Positions 37,506 through 48,417 of a stretch of DNA of 64,000 bases are shown piece after piece. The notes under the pieces are model-generated. The model was not told where the DNA came from and made no database searches. It worked only from the letters and a program-made list of their open reading frames with translations. The stretch comes from a virus. Each line of letters opens with the position of its first letter. The stretch's first letter is position 1. The position numbers and the translations under genes were made by a program. Where the stretch lies: the UHGV virus genome UHGV-1352914. One strand, written 5' to 3'.

Positions 37506-38633
37506 ATGCCGACCAAAAAGACTGACATATCGAGTGAGACGAGCGCGAGCGGGGGTATCCCCGCCGCCAAGTCTCTCAAACAGAAGACGATGGACGAGGT
37601 GCTTCCGAAGTCGAATCCCAACATCCCTCTCCGTCCCATGAATAACAACGACCCGAACAAGCCTGTCGACGCGAAGGAGATGAACACCATCGCCGCGGCC
37701 AATAGCAACCACGGGATTAAGAATCCTCCCGCCAGTCCCTACGGGCGGGGGATTACGGAACCAGCAGTGCCGGGCGCAGTTGACCCTAATAGCGCAAGCT
37801 ACGCCGCGCGGCAACAAGCGGCATACCAAGCTGGCATGCAACAAGCCGCGGCGGGGAAACTCTCTGCCGAGGATAGGCTCATGCTTCGGGGAGTTGACCA
37901 GAATGTGAGCAGGGGAATGATGCCCACCATTTCTCCTGCGGCATCCACGGTTCCCATGGCAACCGGACGTCCCACGGCATCCACGGGAACGACGGCATCC
38001 ACGGGAACGACGGCATCCACGGGAACGACGGAAGCGGCTCAAAAATATCTGCAAGATAAACTTGGTCCGGAAGGGTACAAGGTATTCCAGTCTATGCCGA
38101 AGGAACAGCAGGAAGCCATATATAGCAAGTACGCCGAGATGGTGACCAAGAATGCGCCAGCCGCTACCACGGCGGCATTACCGAAAGGTTCTGCTCCGTC
38201 TCCCTCCGCAAACGCACTGCCCTCTGGCAATACTCCCATTCCCACGAGAAGTTCAACCACAAGTGCGCCCGCCGTGGATACTTCCAACAGTTCCGGTGGC
38301 GGGACTGCCGAGTACATGCTTCGAACCCTACAAGATAACACGGCCAGCCCGGAAGCTAGAGCACAGGCAGGAACATACCTCAAGGTCCGAACCATGTACG
38401 CCCAGCCGGAAAAGTATAGCAAGGAAATTAAACTCCTTGAAAAGCTGGAACGGGCTAAAAAAGAGGAACTGCGCAACATGTTCAGGAATCGGCTCAACAT
38501 CCGAGACCCCCGCTTTGCGCGGCAGTACGCGCAGTATCAAGCCCTACAGAAGAAAGACCCGCAAGCAAGGCTCGCGCTATATTCCGAACTGATGCAAGGT
38601 CCGGAGTTCGCCCATTTGGAATTCCGAAAATAA
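37506..38633 (+). CDS. hypothetical low-complexity protein
   Basis: 375 aa; Ala/Thr/Ser/Pro-rich with ASTGTT x3 coding tandem repeat (37976-38031). Confidence 0.45.
   Translation: MPTKKTDISSETSASGGIPAAKSLKQKTMDEVLPKSNPNIPLRPMNNNDPNKPVDAKEMNTIAAANSNHGIKNPPASPYGRGITEPAVPGAVDPNSASYAARQQAAYQAGMQQAAAGKLSAEDRLMLRGVDQNVSRGMMPTISPAASTVPMATGRPTASTGTTASTGTTASTGTTEAAQKYLQDKLGPEGYKVFQSMPKEQQEAIYSKYAEMVTKNAPAATTAALPKGSAPSPSANALPSGNTPIPTRSSTTSAPAVDTSNSSGGGTAEYMLRTLQDNTASPEARAQAGTYLKVRTMYAQPEKYSKEIKLLEKLERAKKEELRNMFRNRLNIRDPRFARQYAQYQALQKKDPQARLALYSELMQGPEFAHLEFRK
37976..38031 (+). repeat. 18-bp coding tandem repeat GGCATCCACGGGAACGAC x3
   Basis: encodes ASTGTT x3. Confidence 0.8.
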
Positions 38634-38656
38634 ATTTGTCATAGTTGATATTTCAC

Positions 38657-38708
38657 TTGACCCTCGCCCCACTCATGATAGGATGTTGAAGACCCACATG
38701 AGTGGGGC
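38657..38708 (+). promoter_or_regulatory. promoter TTGACC-N16-TAGGAT embedded in 12-bp-stem inverted repeat
   Basis: IR arms GCCCCACTCATG 38665-38676 and CATGAGTGGGGC 38697-38708; -10 in loop; drives giant gene. Confidence 0.45.
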
Positions 38709-38736
38709 AAACTTATTAGACTAACACTCAACAAAC

Positions 38737-41700
38737 ATGGCTATCGACTTTAGTACCGCCAATATGTCCGACTTCGCTCCGACGTCGGCAAGCAGTATCG
38801 CGCGTGAACAGCGAGCCGCAGAACGGCACGCCACGTGGCAAGAGACGCAAAAACAGAAACAGGAAGACAGAGCACAGAAAGCACTGGACCGCGAGCAAAG
38901 GTTAGCGGAAAAGAAACAGACCCGCGCGGAGAAAGCCGCAGGAGCTACCGCGGAGTTTGATGACTATGTCTTTAAGTCCATTGATGACTTTCAGAAGAAA
39001 CAGACTGAACAGGCAGACCGCGCACGTAACGTAGAATGGGAAACAAAAAGCCGCGCCCATACGGAACAAGGATGGAAAACCACCGCGGAAAAGGCTGACA
39101 TTGATGTCTTGAACAAAGGAAACCGTGGGTTCACCTTTGAGGGAATCGACTACATGAAGGACTATGTAGACCGCGGAGAAGATGCGCTGGTTGATTTGAA
39201 GGCCGCCGCTCGTGGTGATAGTGACGCCATTAAAAAGCTTACGAATAACACGGGCATCGTCGCAGTCTCTTCCTCCGAACTTTCTCCCCAGCATCCCGCA
39301 TTCTTATCCCGCTTTGGCTTCGGCATGGGAGAGGACGGGAACCCCGTCGTAACGGAAAAGTTCCTCGCCATTGCCGCAGACAGAAACCGTAACGCAAAGG
39401 CGGTGGCCAAATCCATCGCCAACACAATGGAGAAGGCCCGGAAGGATTACCTCAACTCGCATCTAGATGTTGGTACAGGTAAACCTAAAGCAGAAGCCAT
39501 CGAGACTGCACCCATTGCTTACACTGCGGAGGAAATAGAAAGCATCATCAATACGATTAGGCGCGAAGACATTGACAACTATCGTGCCGCTAAGTCTCTC
39601 TATACTAAGCACCGAGCCGCTTCGACGGAGAACGTGCAGAAGAAAACCCCCAGCCAGACGAACGTGGGGGAGCTTGGCGTTGGCGAATTCTCTGATTCAG
39701 CACCTTCATTTACTGGGAATGTTTTTGCTGAACTCGCCAACCTCTCTAAGTCTCCCAGCAAAATGTTCCGGCTTGTCCGCGACTACGGGGATTACCTTTC
39801 CCGGAACGGTGATATCTATATCCCCGGGCATCAAACTTCAAAGAAAGAAAAACCTGTTGAGGATAGGATTCGTGAACAGATAGAGGCGGCAGACAAAATC
39901 GTAAGACGGCTCGAAGAAGACTACACTGGCCTTCCCTACCTCGAACTTCGCGACGCGATTCTCAATCCGGAAGCCGCGGCCTCTACCCTTCTGTCTTTAG
40001 TCCCCAATGCTGACATGGACGCAATACGTGCAAGGGCCGAAGTTCTTGCCAAGGACCTTCGTCGCAAGAAGGACCGCCCCCTGACCTTCGAGACCGATGA
40101 ACAGATTGGCATGAGTGAGGCTATACTGGAAGCCGTGGCTACAAGGTTTCCGGGGGTTCCCAAATCCACCCTGTACCAAGCGGGAGTAACCAATCTGATT
40201 CAGGGTTATGTCGCCAAGGCTACGCCGAGAGGCACTCTCATGGATGCGGTCAATGGTGCAATGGCTAACTACCGAAGCACGGCGGGACAAATTGCGGATG
40301 TGCTTACCTTCCAACCGGGAGATAGTGTGGGCAAGACCTCTGACCCATTGAGTACGATGGAATGGAGAAAGGGAACGAGGCGTGGCACATGGGAGTATGG
40401 CGTACCGGGGGGTCCCTCTTTTGATGTAGGTCCCGAACGGTTGAAGGAATACATGGCCCAGTACCATATCGAAAGTACCCGCGACGCTCTCAACTCCCTC
40501 TCCCATGCCGCACGTATGGGTGACTTGGGCGTAGGCCGTGGCAGTCTCTTTGCGTACAATCCGCACACCAAGGAAGTAGATACGAATGCCACTCTCGAAC
40601 TGAACCCCAATGCTCTCTACGACAATAAGCTGATGGACAAGAGCATTGAGGCTCTCCGTGCTAGTGGCGCGGACGAAGGTCTCATCAATCGCACCATTGA
40701 GAAGTTCCAGAACCTCCGCACGAAATCCGCACAGGAACTTGTGAAGGACAACATTGCATTGGATGAAACGCTGGGAACGCTCCGTGATACGTGGCTTGGT
40801 TCCGGTATGCGGTTCAACCCTGTCTGGACCGAAACCATGAAGCATCTGGACAAGTACCTTTCCTTCAAGAATTTTTACAACGAACAGAAGGAAGCGGGCA
40901 AGAGCGACGAGGACATTCTCTCCGCATGGCAGGAGAAAGGACAGGCTCACATCAATCCTATTCTCCGTGGGTTCCAGATAGGCACGCACAAGGCCATTGA
41001 CCTTGGGACAGGGGCCGCCTATGGTGCTCTTCTCTTTGCGCAGAATGCAGTCGGCAGTCGTGCGGCGATGGAACATACCCGCACCCTCTGGGACCAGCTG
41101 AACAAAAAACAGGAAGCGGAAGCTGAACTTGTTCGAGGCAATATCATTGCAGACTATACTGCGGAAATCGCTAACCTCGGCTACCAAATGGTAGCAACCG
41201 CGGGGGCTGGTAAAATCGGTGGCCTTGCTGGCCGTGCATTGGAACGTACCGCTCTGACCAAGTTCGCGAGGGCAATGGCTAACGTCGCGGCGAGGCGGGC
41301 AGAAGCTCTTGTCCCTGCCGCCCGTCCGGGATTGGCGGGACGTTTGAGTGGAACTATTCAGCGCAACCTCAACAACCTTGCGGCGTTGAGCCTCGAACGG
41401 GCAGGAGCTGGTGCTGGGGTAAACCTTACCATCATCTCGCAGGTTGCACCGAATGCTTACTCCGACATCTTCTATACCATTTATGACAGGGAGATGGAAG
41501 GGAAGGAAGCGACTGCCGAGAACACGAACCGGGCACAGAGCATTGCCAGCAGGCATGCCCTCTTTGGTGCGGCTCTGGTCTCCACTGGCAGTACGCTTAT
41601 CAACAACCGCGCAGGTATGGATTCCTTCATGCGTAAGGTTGTTGGGGCTAAAAACCTTCGCGGCCAATCTCCAGTCCAAACTCTTGAACAGAAGATGGCC

Positions 41701-44700
41701 AGATGGAGAAGCAAGCCGTGGGCTGAAATGAATACCAAGGAGAAGACGTTTGCCGTTGCTTCCTATTTGTACAGCACGAGCATGGCCGCAGTGGAAGGAG
41801 CCACCGAAGAACTGGCAGACGAATTCCAAGAGTGGGCATTTACTGAACTGGTGAAGAACGGAGAAATCTCCGAATCCTCTATTGCCACTACTGACCAAGT
41901 GATTAGCGGTGCTATAAAGACTGCTTTCCTTGGGGGTATCGGCGGCTACGTTGGTAGCCAGTTAGCTGGTGAAGGGAACATACGTTTCCAAACCGAAGCC
42001 GCTCCCACCCTTGATGTAAAGGATGCTACTTCCATACTACCGGATATTACGAAAGATGCGAGCAACATCATCGAGGAAACGGGCAAAGCCATTACCAAGG
42101 ATAATGTACCGGAAAGCTTGGTAGAAACCGGAAAGAGGGTTATCGAGATTGCCGGGGAGAAGGGGGATGCCGCGGAAGTTGCCCGCGAATGGGTGGACAA
42201 ATCCATTGCCCATGAAAGTCTGGCAGTCTCCGATGAAACCCGCAAGGCATGGGTGGAAGGCGCAACCCGTATGGGCATCAGCAATTTCACCCAGTTCCGC
42301 AACCTAGTTGAACGGGCCTCCGAAATATATACCTACGAGGGTAGTGCCGCGGCAAGCTCATTCATGGCAGAAGCCATTAACGACCTGCCCAATACCCTGT
42401 CATTCCCAAATAAGGAAAACCTCGACACCATGCGCACCATGCTTTCGGAGGCCCTTGATGCTATGGGAGACAGGGTTCAGGTTATCGAAGTAGACGACGA
42501 CCTGTCCATCATTACTACAGGGGACGAGGACCTCGATGCCGCTCTTCACGTCATTAACGGATTGACGGAACCCACGGCTACCACGGAACCCAAGGAATCC
42601 CCGACTACCGCGGAACCCACGGCTACCGCGGAACCCACGGCTACCGCGGAACTCACGGCGCGGAAGGAGAGGGACCAAGCCATTGCCCCCGTCACTAACA
42701 TGGTAGATACGGGAGTAGTTACCCCCGAAGCCGTGGAAACCGTGGATACCTTGGATGCCGCCATTACTTCGTTCGACCCCAACACTGGGGCATGGCTTTC
42801 ATCCGGTTCACCTCTTGACCGCGGAACCAAGCTCGTCTCCTTGAACGAGATGACCGGGATTAACGCCCCGCTGGTTACGAGCAACACGGGAGAAACCATT
42901 GTCGTCTCTCCGCACGCAAGCATGTACAACATGGGTGAGGGAGGGACACCCAGCACCAAGTGGGGGGATAGGGTCTCCGCTCTCAATCTCCCCTCTGACG
43001 GGACGGGCGTAAATGCCTACGGCATCCTTTCGGACCTTCGCGTCAAGGCATCTCCTGCACAGGCCGCGGCCATTGACGGAGTGCTCCGCGCATTGCATGC
43101 CGCTGGTTTGGACGTGGCTATCCGAGCCACCAATGCTCCTGCCAATATAGCCTCCCCCGCCAGTATCACGTATAAGAACGGAACAGACGGGAAGCTCGTC
43201 GGCGGCGTCATTGACCTGTACATGGACCGGGACAATGTGATTGAGAGCGTAACGGGAACAGTACTGCATGAGGCCATCCACCTCATTGACCGTCATCTTC
43301 GTGCCACTAACGCGGACTACTCCCAGCGGATGGACAAGATTAGAAGCGCAGTTGCGGAGAACTATAATCAAATCATTGATAGCCTCACTGCTATGTATGA
43401 AGCTAGCGTGGACATCAATGAGATGAATGCCATCGCCGCGCTTGCCTCCGACCTCAACTATGGTCTCCGTGGCCCGGACGAATTTGCCAGTGTTGCGTTC
43501 TCCAATCCTGTCATGAACTTCATGATTGCGGAGGTGAGCGGAGACAATGTAACCCTCACGGATTTGGCTCGCTATGCCGAAGCGGCTGGGGGCAGGAGAC
43601 CCGTTCATGTGCGCCTCATTGAATGGCTTAAGGATTTGATTAGGGATGTGCGGCAAACTGCGGACGACATGGATGGAACCACCGCCGCCAAGAATGCGGC
43701 TGAATGGGATTCCTATGTGGACCGCGTCGCGGACATAACCCCCGGCAAGTGGTTCGACATGCCTCGCACTCCGTCATGGAAAGTAGACGATACGGACTAC
43801 ACCATGAGCCGTGAGGTAGATTATTTTAACCCGTTGGCCTATGAGACCGACATGACCCAAAGACTGTCCTTCGGTCTGGGCGCAGAGATTATCGGTACGA
43901 ATGCCGGGAACTGGGTAACCAGTGTTAAGAACGTATGGCAAGGCGTGTCTAAGGGCTGGGACAAAGCTGGCATCAATGTTAAGTCCGAGGAACAGAAGCT
44001 GATTGTGCTGGAACAAATGACCAACGTGAATGCGGCGTATGAACGCAGTATTAAACGCATTGGCAAAATCGGCGATATGCTTCAACGCCGTGCGGATAGT
44101 CTGGGCTGGGATGCCACGACGCGAAAGAAATGGAGCAAATCCATTCTCGATATGTCGGGGAATATGGACAACGATATTGACCCTGAAACTGTTGCACGCA
44201 TTAACGCAGAGGCCCAAGCAGAAGTTCGCCAGCACGAACAGACCCGCGACTTCCGTATCGCGTTGGCTAAGAAGACCGTTACCGATGCCGTCAATAGGCA
44301 CGCGGAAGCGGTGCGTCTGGCCAACTCCCTTGCGCTTAATAGTGAAGGGCGATTGGAAATCAATGAGATGATGCGCCGGATTAAAGACATGAGCGTCAAG
44401 GGATATGGTGCTATGCTGGACAAGACGGTGGCTCTCCCCATGCTCTCCCAGCAGATTCACAATGTGCTCTCTGACCTTGGCTCTCGTATCTCCGCGACGG
44501 GGGATGCCAATCTGGAAACCACCTACTTTGGCCTCGCCCGTGATACGCAGAACTACCTTGCGGATATGATTAACGAGGTGGACAGTCCCTTCTCTATGGA
44601 TGAACTTCTGGACAGGTGGTCCAACCTTCGCAACGACTACCTCTATGCGGAGAGTACAAACCACCCCGCCATCGCTCCTATGATTCAGGACATCTCTAGG

Positions 44701-47700
44701 GCACGGGCCGAAGCTAAACAAATCATCCGGGAAGCCAACGATGATTTCCATGCCGCAACAAAGAGGGCAGGTGTAACTCGTGCTGGCGTAACTACCCCTG
44801 CTGGTTCCGTGTGGCTGAAACGGGACAACGCTATCCTCGATGCACGCCGTCAGAAACAGGCAGAGTATATGGCTAAGCGGGATGCCGCGGAACAATGGCT
44901 TCTGTCACAGGGAGTTGTAGGCCAGCTGGTCCACAATGTCATCGCCGATTCCCGTAAAGAAATTGCCGCAACGCAAATCTCTATTGCCAAGCTCATTGGA
45001 GATAGCCGTATGGCTAACAACGCCGCGGAGATGAATTATCTTCATCGCACCTACATGGCCGTAGGTCGTCATGCCGGAGACTTCACCCGGACGATGAAGG
45101 ACATCATTGCACACCCCAACGGAGAACTGGCGCAGAAATACGATGGCCTGACGAAGTTGTTGCAGGAAGCCGCAATCGCTCATGCCGAAGCGCACCAGAC
45201 AGAGTTGTCCGAAAACATAAGCCAAGTGCTGGACAACATGCAGGCATTGGCCGCGCTCCATGACGAGTTGAAACTTCCGCTGGTGTCAGCTCCCACGGGA
45301 GCCTCTTCGAATTATAAACTCCTGTTCGAAGGTGTAGCCAAGAACTACAGGACCAGAGAAATTCTTGACTTCATTCAGAACAACTTCGGCAGGGTTCAAA
45401 TGCTTGCGGACCTGCGGGATGGCCACAACATCAGTGCCATGTATAATAAGGCCATGAGCATGATAGCACAGGCTGACTATCGCACGAAGTCAAAGATGGC
45501 AGAGATGAAAGAAACTCTGGACATGAAAGCCAGAGATAGTTTCCTCGCCGATGTCTTCTCCAGCCTTCCGGGAAACACGATTGCCGACAAAATCGGCGGC
45601 CTTGAATCCCCGGCATCCGTGGCTTCCGAAGTGAACAAGGCCATCCCCACTATCCCGACTTCGGCCATTGACCAGATATGGAACGCTCCGAATATGAATG
45701 CCGCAGAACGACTGGACAAGACGCTCAATCTTCTCCGTGGTCAGGCGGGCATTCTCATGGGGGCGAACAATATGGGCAACGTCATCTCCGCTACCGACTT
45801 GAAAGTGTTGCAATATCCGGAACTCTCCCGTCTTGCGGTGAACGATGCCATGAAGGCCATTGACGAAGTGCTGACCAAGAAGAGGACGAATGAAGATGCG
45901 CTGGCCCAGCGGAAACGCTTGCCCGAATGGCAGAGGAAAGCTATGTATGAACTTAGTGACCTCACCATTGGGGATGCCATTGGGACATTGCAGAATACCA
46001 TATCCATGCAGTCGAAGATTGCCGTGAACCAGTTGCTTGCTGACGAGTACGCCACCGTGCTCAAGGCACAGGGTGTAGTCGTACCCCCGGATTCCGCGAG
46101 CCGTACCCCTGATATGGTGGAAATCTCCTTGAAGAATACGAAGAATGCGTTGAACGGATTGTATGCCGACAAGGATGTAGCCGATGCACTCTATCACATC
46201 TACAGGCCAAGCGACGACATCATGAACAGTCGGACGGACGACTATAAGAAGGTGCGCAAGTACTGGCAGAAGTCCGGCAAGGGTCAAGAATGGTGGAGTA
46301 AGGCGGGTGGCTTGGCTAACCTTTCTGTCTTAATAGCTAGTCCTAATTCCACGTTACGTAACTTATATGGTACAGTAGCTCAAATGACCCATGCGGGTGC
46401 ACTTCCATTCACGGGGAGTAAAGACATCGCAAACCTTGTCGGGGACTGGGTCCAGTTGCGTAAGTTGTGGTGGCTATCACAGGGCAAGGACCTTGGTTCA
46501 CAGGCTTCCGCAGATAGACTGCTGGCCGCGGAAGACAGGTACAACGAGAAGATTCGCTACTGGCAAGAGCTTGGTCTGCTGGACGCAGGTCAAGGGGAGT
46601 TCCTGCGCAACGTCTGGAAGTCTGACGAGTTCAGTAAGATGGCAGGAGAATTTGAAGAAGTGAATGAAGATTCCTTCTTCAAACTCGCCGAAGCTCTGAA
46701 CGAGAAACAGGAACGGACGAAGGGCGAGGTGGCTAAGGATGCCGCCAAGATGGCGGGCAAAGTCGTAGCATGGCCCGTCAAAACGATGGCCTTCGCCTAT
46801 GGCTTGCCGGACGCGGCGGCCAAGATTGTTCTCTTCACTAACCAGAGAGCGATTGCCGATACCCAATTAAAGGTACAACTGGCACGGGCGAAAGGCAAGG
46901 CCAACCCCAATGCGCGGGACCAGATACTCCTTGACGCGAGCCAGACTGACCAGAGTTGGAATGCGTATGTGGATAGGTATACTGCCCACATGGTGAAGAG
47001 CTTGCTCCCCACGGGTTCGCGTACTCCTTCGTGGGTGAAAACCCTGAATATAGTTGCGGCTCCGTTCTTCATGTTCCAGTACCATACCGCCCAGTCCGTA
47101 GTCTACAACCTTGGCCACGCCATAGGCGAAGGGGTAGACGGTGTGTGGGCTATCAATAACGGCATGAAGAAGGAGGGGGCTTACCTCTTGGGACGCGCTT
47201 TCGTTCGCATCGCTGGTTCCGTAGGAACTATTTCTGCAACCTCTGCGGTCTCTTCCTGGGTTGCCCGACAGATTATCACCAGTGTCTTGGGAGATGACGA
47301 TGACCGTAAAATCATTGACGACGCGGAAGTCATGAGGAAGCTGGCAGACAGTGGGCTAATTCCCGACTATGATAAGTTCGGGGACTTGATTGGCATCATA
47401 GATATGAAGCGGCATGAGTTCGAGTATTTGAACCTTGAATACATGAACCCGTTCAAGACCATCAAGGTGTTAGCCAAAACCCTGCCCAGCCTCTTCATGG
47501 ATATGGATGTGGACAAGTGGGGGATGAACAAGGTCGCCGAACTGAAAAACCTGCTGGAAAATACGGTGCTCGAAGAATCCCTCCTTCTGAACGCCGCTTC
47601 TGAATTGTTTAATGAGGAAGACTTCAATTACAAGCATAGCCTCTCAGGTGATGAAAGTGTCAACGTTCTCCCGGCAGTAGGCAACGCAATCCTGTTGGCC

Positions 47701-48402
47701 GCAGGACTGAACCCCTCGTTCGGCAGTGGACATACATGGCAAGTCCTTGAACGATTCGCGACGGTTGCCAATAAAAAGATTCCCTTCTACGGCTGGGCAG
47801 TCAAGTCAGGTAAACAAGCGTTTAGCGATACACCTGACATGAGTGGCGCGGCATACGGGTTACAGTCCTTGGGTGCGGGCCTCCGTCGTCCGAAGGATTT
47901 GACCGAAGCCCTTGCCGCCGGGTTAAAGAATGCCAACGCGGCGGTCACTAAGTCGAAGCGAATGAGCATTCTGCGTCCGGACTTCTACAAGAGAATGGAA
48001 TCCGGGATGGATGTGGAACTCATGGAAGCCGTGGAAACCGCGGATGCCGTGAAGAATTTCACCAAGCTAGTCAATAGTGTCCGGTTCGTTACGGAAATTA
48101 CAAACATGCTTGACCCGTCCATCCGTTCGGAAGTTCTGGCCTCCGTGATTGAGAGTTCCGGTATGAGTGCCAAGACCTACGGCGCGGCCATGCAGGGCAT
48201 CATGCCCTACGTCATTAGCCCGCAAGCAGGACGTGAAGCTATCGCGAAGCTCAACCGTGAATTGCAGAAGTCTAATACCACGGACGAGGGCAAACGCCTA
48301 ATCGAAGAGCAGAAGCAACTCATTATCAACCTCATGCGGAAGGGTAGCATTCCGATTGATGGGGCATTGAGTACAGAGGAAATTCATAATCGGATGAAGT
48401 AG
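38737..48402 (+). CDS. giant 3221-aa virion-associated/internal (ejection-type) polyvalent protein; function unresolved
   Basis: uninterrupted 9.67-kb ORF; Ala-rich, coiled-coil-rich; HExxH zincin-like motif GTVLHEAIHLIDRH; TEPTA coding repeats 42566-42660; own promoter 38657-38684. Confidence 0.6.
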   Translation: MAIDFSTANMSDFAPTSASSIAREQRAAERHATWQETQKQKQEDRAQKALDREQRLAEKKQTRAEKAAGATAEFDDYVFKSIDDFQKKQTEQADRARNVEWETKSRAHTEQGWKTTAEKADIDVLNKGNRGFTFEGIDYMKDYVDRGEDALVDLKAAARGDSDAIKKLTNNTGIVAVSSSELSPQHPAFLSRFGFGMGEDGNPVVTEKFLAIAADRNRNAKAVAKSIANTMEKARKDYLNSHLDVGTGKPKAEAIETAPIAYTAEEIESIINTIRREDIDNYRAAKSLYTKHRAASTENVQKKTPSQTNVGELGVGEFSDSAPSFTGNVFAELANLSKSPSKMFRLVRDYGDYLSRNGDIYIPGHQTSKKEKPVEDRIREQIEAADKIVRRLEEDYTGLPYLELRDAILNPEAAASTLLSLVPNADMDAIRARAEVLAKDLRRKKDRPLTFETDEQIGMSEAILEAVATRFPGVPKSTLYQAGVTNLIQGYVAKATPRGTLMDAVNGAMANYRSTAGQIADVLTFQPGDSVGKTSDPLSTMEWRKGTRRGTWEYGVPGGPSFDVGPERLKEYMAQYHIESTRDALNSLSHAARMGDLGVGRGSLFAYNPHTKEVDTNATLELNPNALYDNKLMDKSIEALRASGADEGLINRTIEKFQNLRTKSAQELVKDNIALDETLGTLRDTWLGSGMRFNPVWTETMKHLDKYLSFKNFYNEQKEAGKSDEDILSAWQEKGQAHINPILRGFQIGTHKAIDLGTGAAYGALLFAQNAVGSRAAMEHTRTLWDQLNKKQEAEAELVRGNIIADYTAEIANLGYQMVATAGAGKIGGLAGRALERTALTKFARAMANVAARRAEALVPAARPGLAGRLSGTIQRNLNNLAALSLERAGAGAGVNLTIISQVAPNAYSDIFYTIYDREMEGKEATAENTNRAQSIASRHALFGAALVSTGSTLINNRAGMDSFMRKVVGAKNLRGQSPVQTLEQKMARWRSKPWAEMNTKEKTFAVASYLYSTSMAAVEGATEELADEFQEWAFTELVKNGEISESSIATTDQVISGAIKTAFLGGIGGYVGSQLAGEGNIRFQTEAAPTLDVKDATSILPDITKDASNIIEETGKAITKDNVPESLVETGKRVIEIAGEKGDAAEVAREWVDKSIAHESLAVSDETRKAWVEGATRMGISNFTQFRNLVERASEIYTYEGSAAASSFMAEAINDLPNTLSFPNKENLDTMRTMLSEALDAMGDRVQVIEVDDDLSIITTGDEDLDAALHVINGLTEPTATTEPKESPTTAEPTATAEPTATAELTARKERDQAIAPVTNMVDTGVVTPEAVETVDTLDAAITSFDPNTGAWLSSGSPLDRGTKLVSLNEMTGINAPLVTSNTGETIVVSPHASMYNMGEGGTPSTKWGDRVSALNLPSDGTGVNAYGILSDLRVKASPAQAAAIDGVLRALHAAGLDVAIRATNAPANIASPASITYKNGTDGKLVGGVIDLYMDRDNVIESVTGTVLHEAIHLIDRHLRATNADYSQRMDKIRSAVAENYNQIIDSLTAMYEASVDINEMNAIAALASDLNYGLRGPDEFASVAFSNPVMNFMIAEVSGDNVTLTDLARYAEAAGGRRPVHVRLIEWLKDLIRDVRQTADDMDGTTAAKNAAEWDSYVDRVADITPGKWFDMPRTPSWKVDDTDYTMSREVDYFNPLAYETDMTQRLSFGLGAEIIGTNAGNWVTSVKNVWQGVSKGWDKAGINVKSEEQKLIVLEQMTNVNAAYERSIKRIGKIGDMLQRRADSLGWDATTRKKWSKSILDMSGNMDNDIDPETVARINAEAQAEVRQHEQTRDFRIALAKKTVTDAVNRHAEAVRLANSLALNSEGRLEINEMMRRIKDMSVKGYGAMLDKTVALPMLSQQIHNVLSDLGSRISATGDANLETTYFGLARDTQNYLADMINEVDSPFSMDELLDRWSNLRNDYLYAESTNHPAIAPMIQDISRARAEAKQIIREANDDFHAATKRAGVTRAGVTTPAGSVWLKRDNAILDARRQKQAEYMAKRDAAEQWLLSQGVVGQLVHNVIADSRKEIAATQISIAKLIGDSRMANNAAEMNYLHRTYMAVGRHAGDFTRTMKDIIAHPNGELAQKYDGLTKLLQEAAIAHAEAHQTELSENISQVLDNMQALAALHDELKLPLVSAPTGASSNYKLLFEGVAKNYRTREILDFIQNNFGRVQMLADLRDGHNISAMYNKAMSMIAQADYRTKSKMAEMKETLDMKARDSFLADVFSSLPGNTIADKIGGLESPASVASEVNKAIPTIPTSAIDQIWNAPNMNAAERLDKTLNLLRGQAGILMGANNMGNVISATDLKVLQYPELSRLAVNDAMKAIDEVLTKKRTNEDALAQRKRLPEWQRKAMYELSDLTIGDAIGTLQNTISMQSKIAVNQLLADEYATVLKAQGVVVPPDSASRTPDMVEISLKNTKNALNGLYADKDVADALYHIYRPSDDIMNSRTDDYKKVRKYWQKSGKGQEWWSKAGGLANLSVLIASPNSTLRNLYGTVAQMTHAGALPFTGSKDIANLVGDWVQLRKLWWLSQGKDLGSQASADRLLAAEDRYNEKIRYWQELGLLDAGQGEFLRNVWKSDEFSKMAGEFEEVNEDSFFKLAEALNEKQERTKGEVAKDAAKMAGKVVAWPVKTMAFAYGLPDAAAKIVLFTNQRAIADTQLKVQLARAKGKANPNARDQILLDASQTDQSWNAYVDRYTAHMVKSLLPTGSRTPSWVKTLNIVAAPFFMFQYHTAQSVVYNLGHAIGEGVDGVWAINNGMKKEGAYLLGRAFVRIAGSVGTISATSAVSSWVARQIITSVLGDDDDRKIIDDAEVMRKLADSGLIPDYDKFGDLIGIIDMKRHEFEYLNLEYMNPFKTIKVLAKTLPSLFMDMDVDKWGMNKVAELKNLLENTVLEESLLLNAASELFNEEDFNYKHSLSGDESVNVLPAVGNAILLAAGLNPSFGSGHTWQVLERFATVANKKIPFYGWAVKSGKQAFSDTPDMSGAAYGLQSLGAGLRRPKDLTEALAAGLKNANAAVTKSKRMSILRPDFYKRMESGMDVELMEAVETADAVKNFTKLVNSVRFVTEITNMLDPSIRSEVLASVIESSGMSAKTYGAAMQGIMPYVISPQAGREAIAKLNRELQKSNTTDEGKRLIEEQKQLIINLMRKGSIPIDGALSTEEIHNRMK
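42566..42660 (+). repeat. 18-bp coding tandem repeat (GCGGAACCCACGGCTACC) x~4 inside giant gene
   Basis: encodes TEPTA(T/E) units. Confidence 0.8.
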
Positions 48403-48417
48403 CAAGGATTTATATCC

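Noticed and set aside
24118-42660. Possible CRISPR array suggested by multiple short tandem repeats
   Set aside because: Repeats are 9-18 bp, directly abutting without spacers, and mostly in-frame inside genes; no CRISPR-like repeat-spacer periodicity
39997-44895. 633-aa and 373-aa minus-strand ORFs
   Set aside because: Embedded antisense in the 3221-aa gene; Ala/Arg/Gly-rich plus-frame coding explains long open antisense frames
38737-48402. Giant ORF as N4-type virion RNA polymerase
   Set aside because: Only a weak motif-B-like MAFAYG segment; no recognisable T7-like motif A (DxSxSGxQH) or motif C (HDS); kept only as a low-probability alternative
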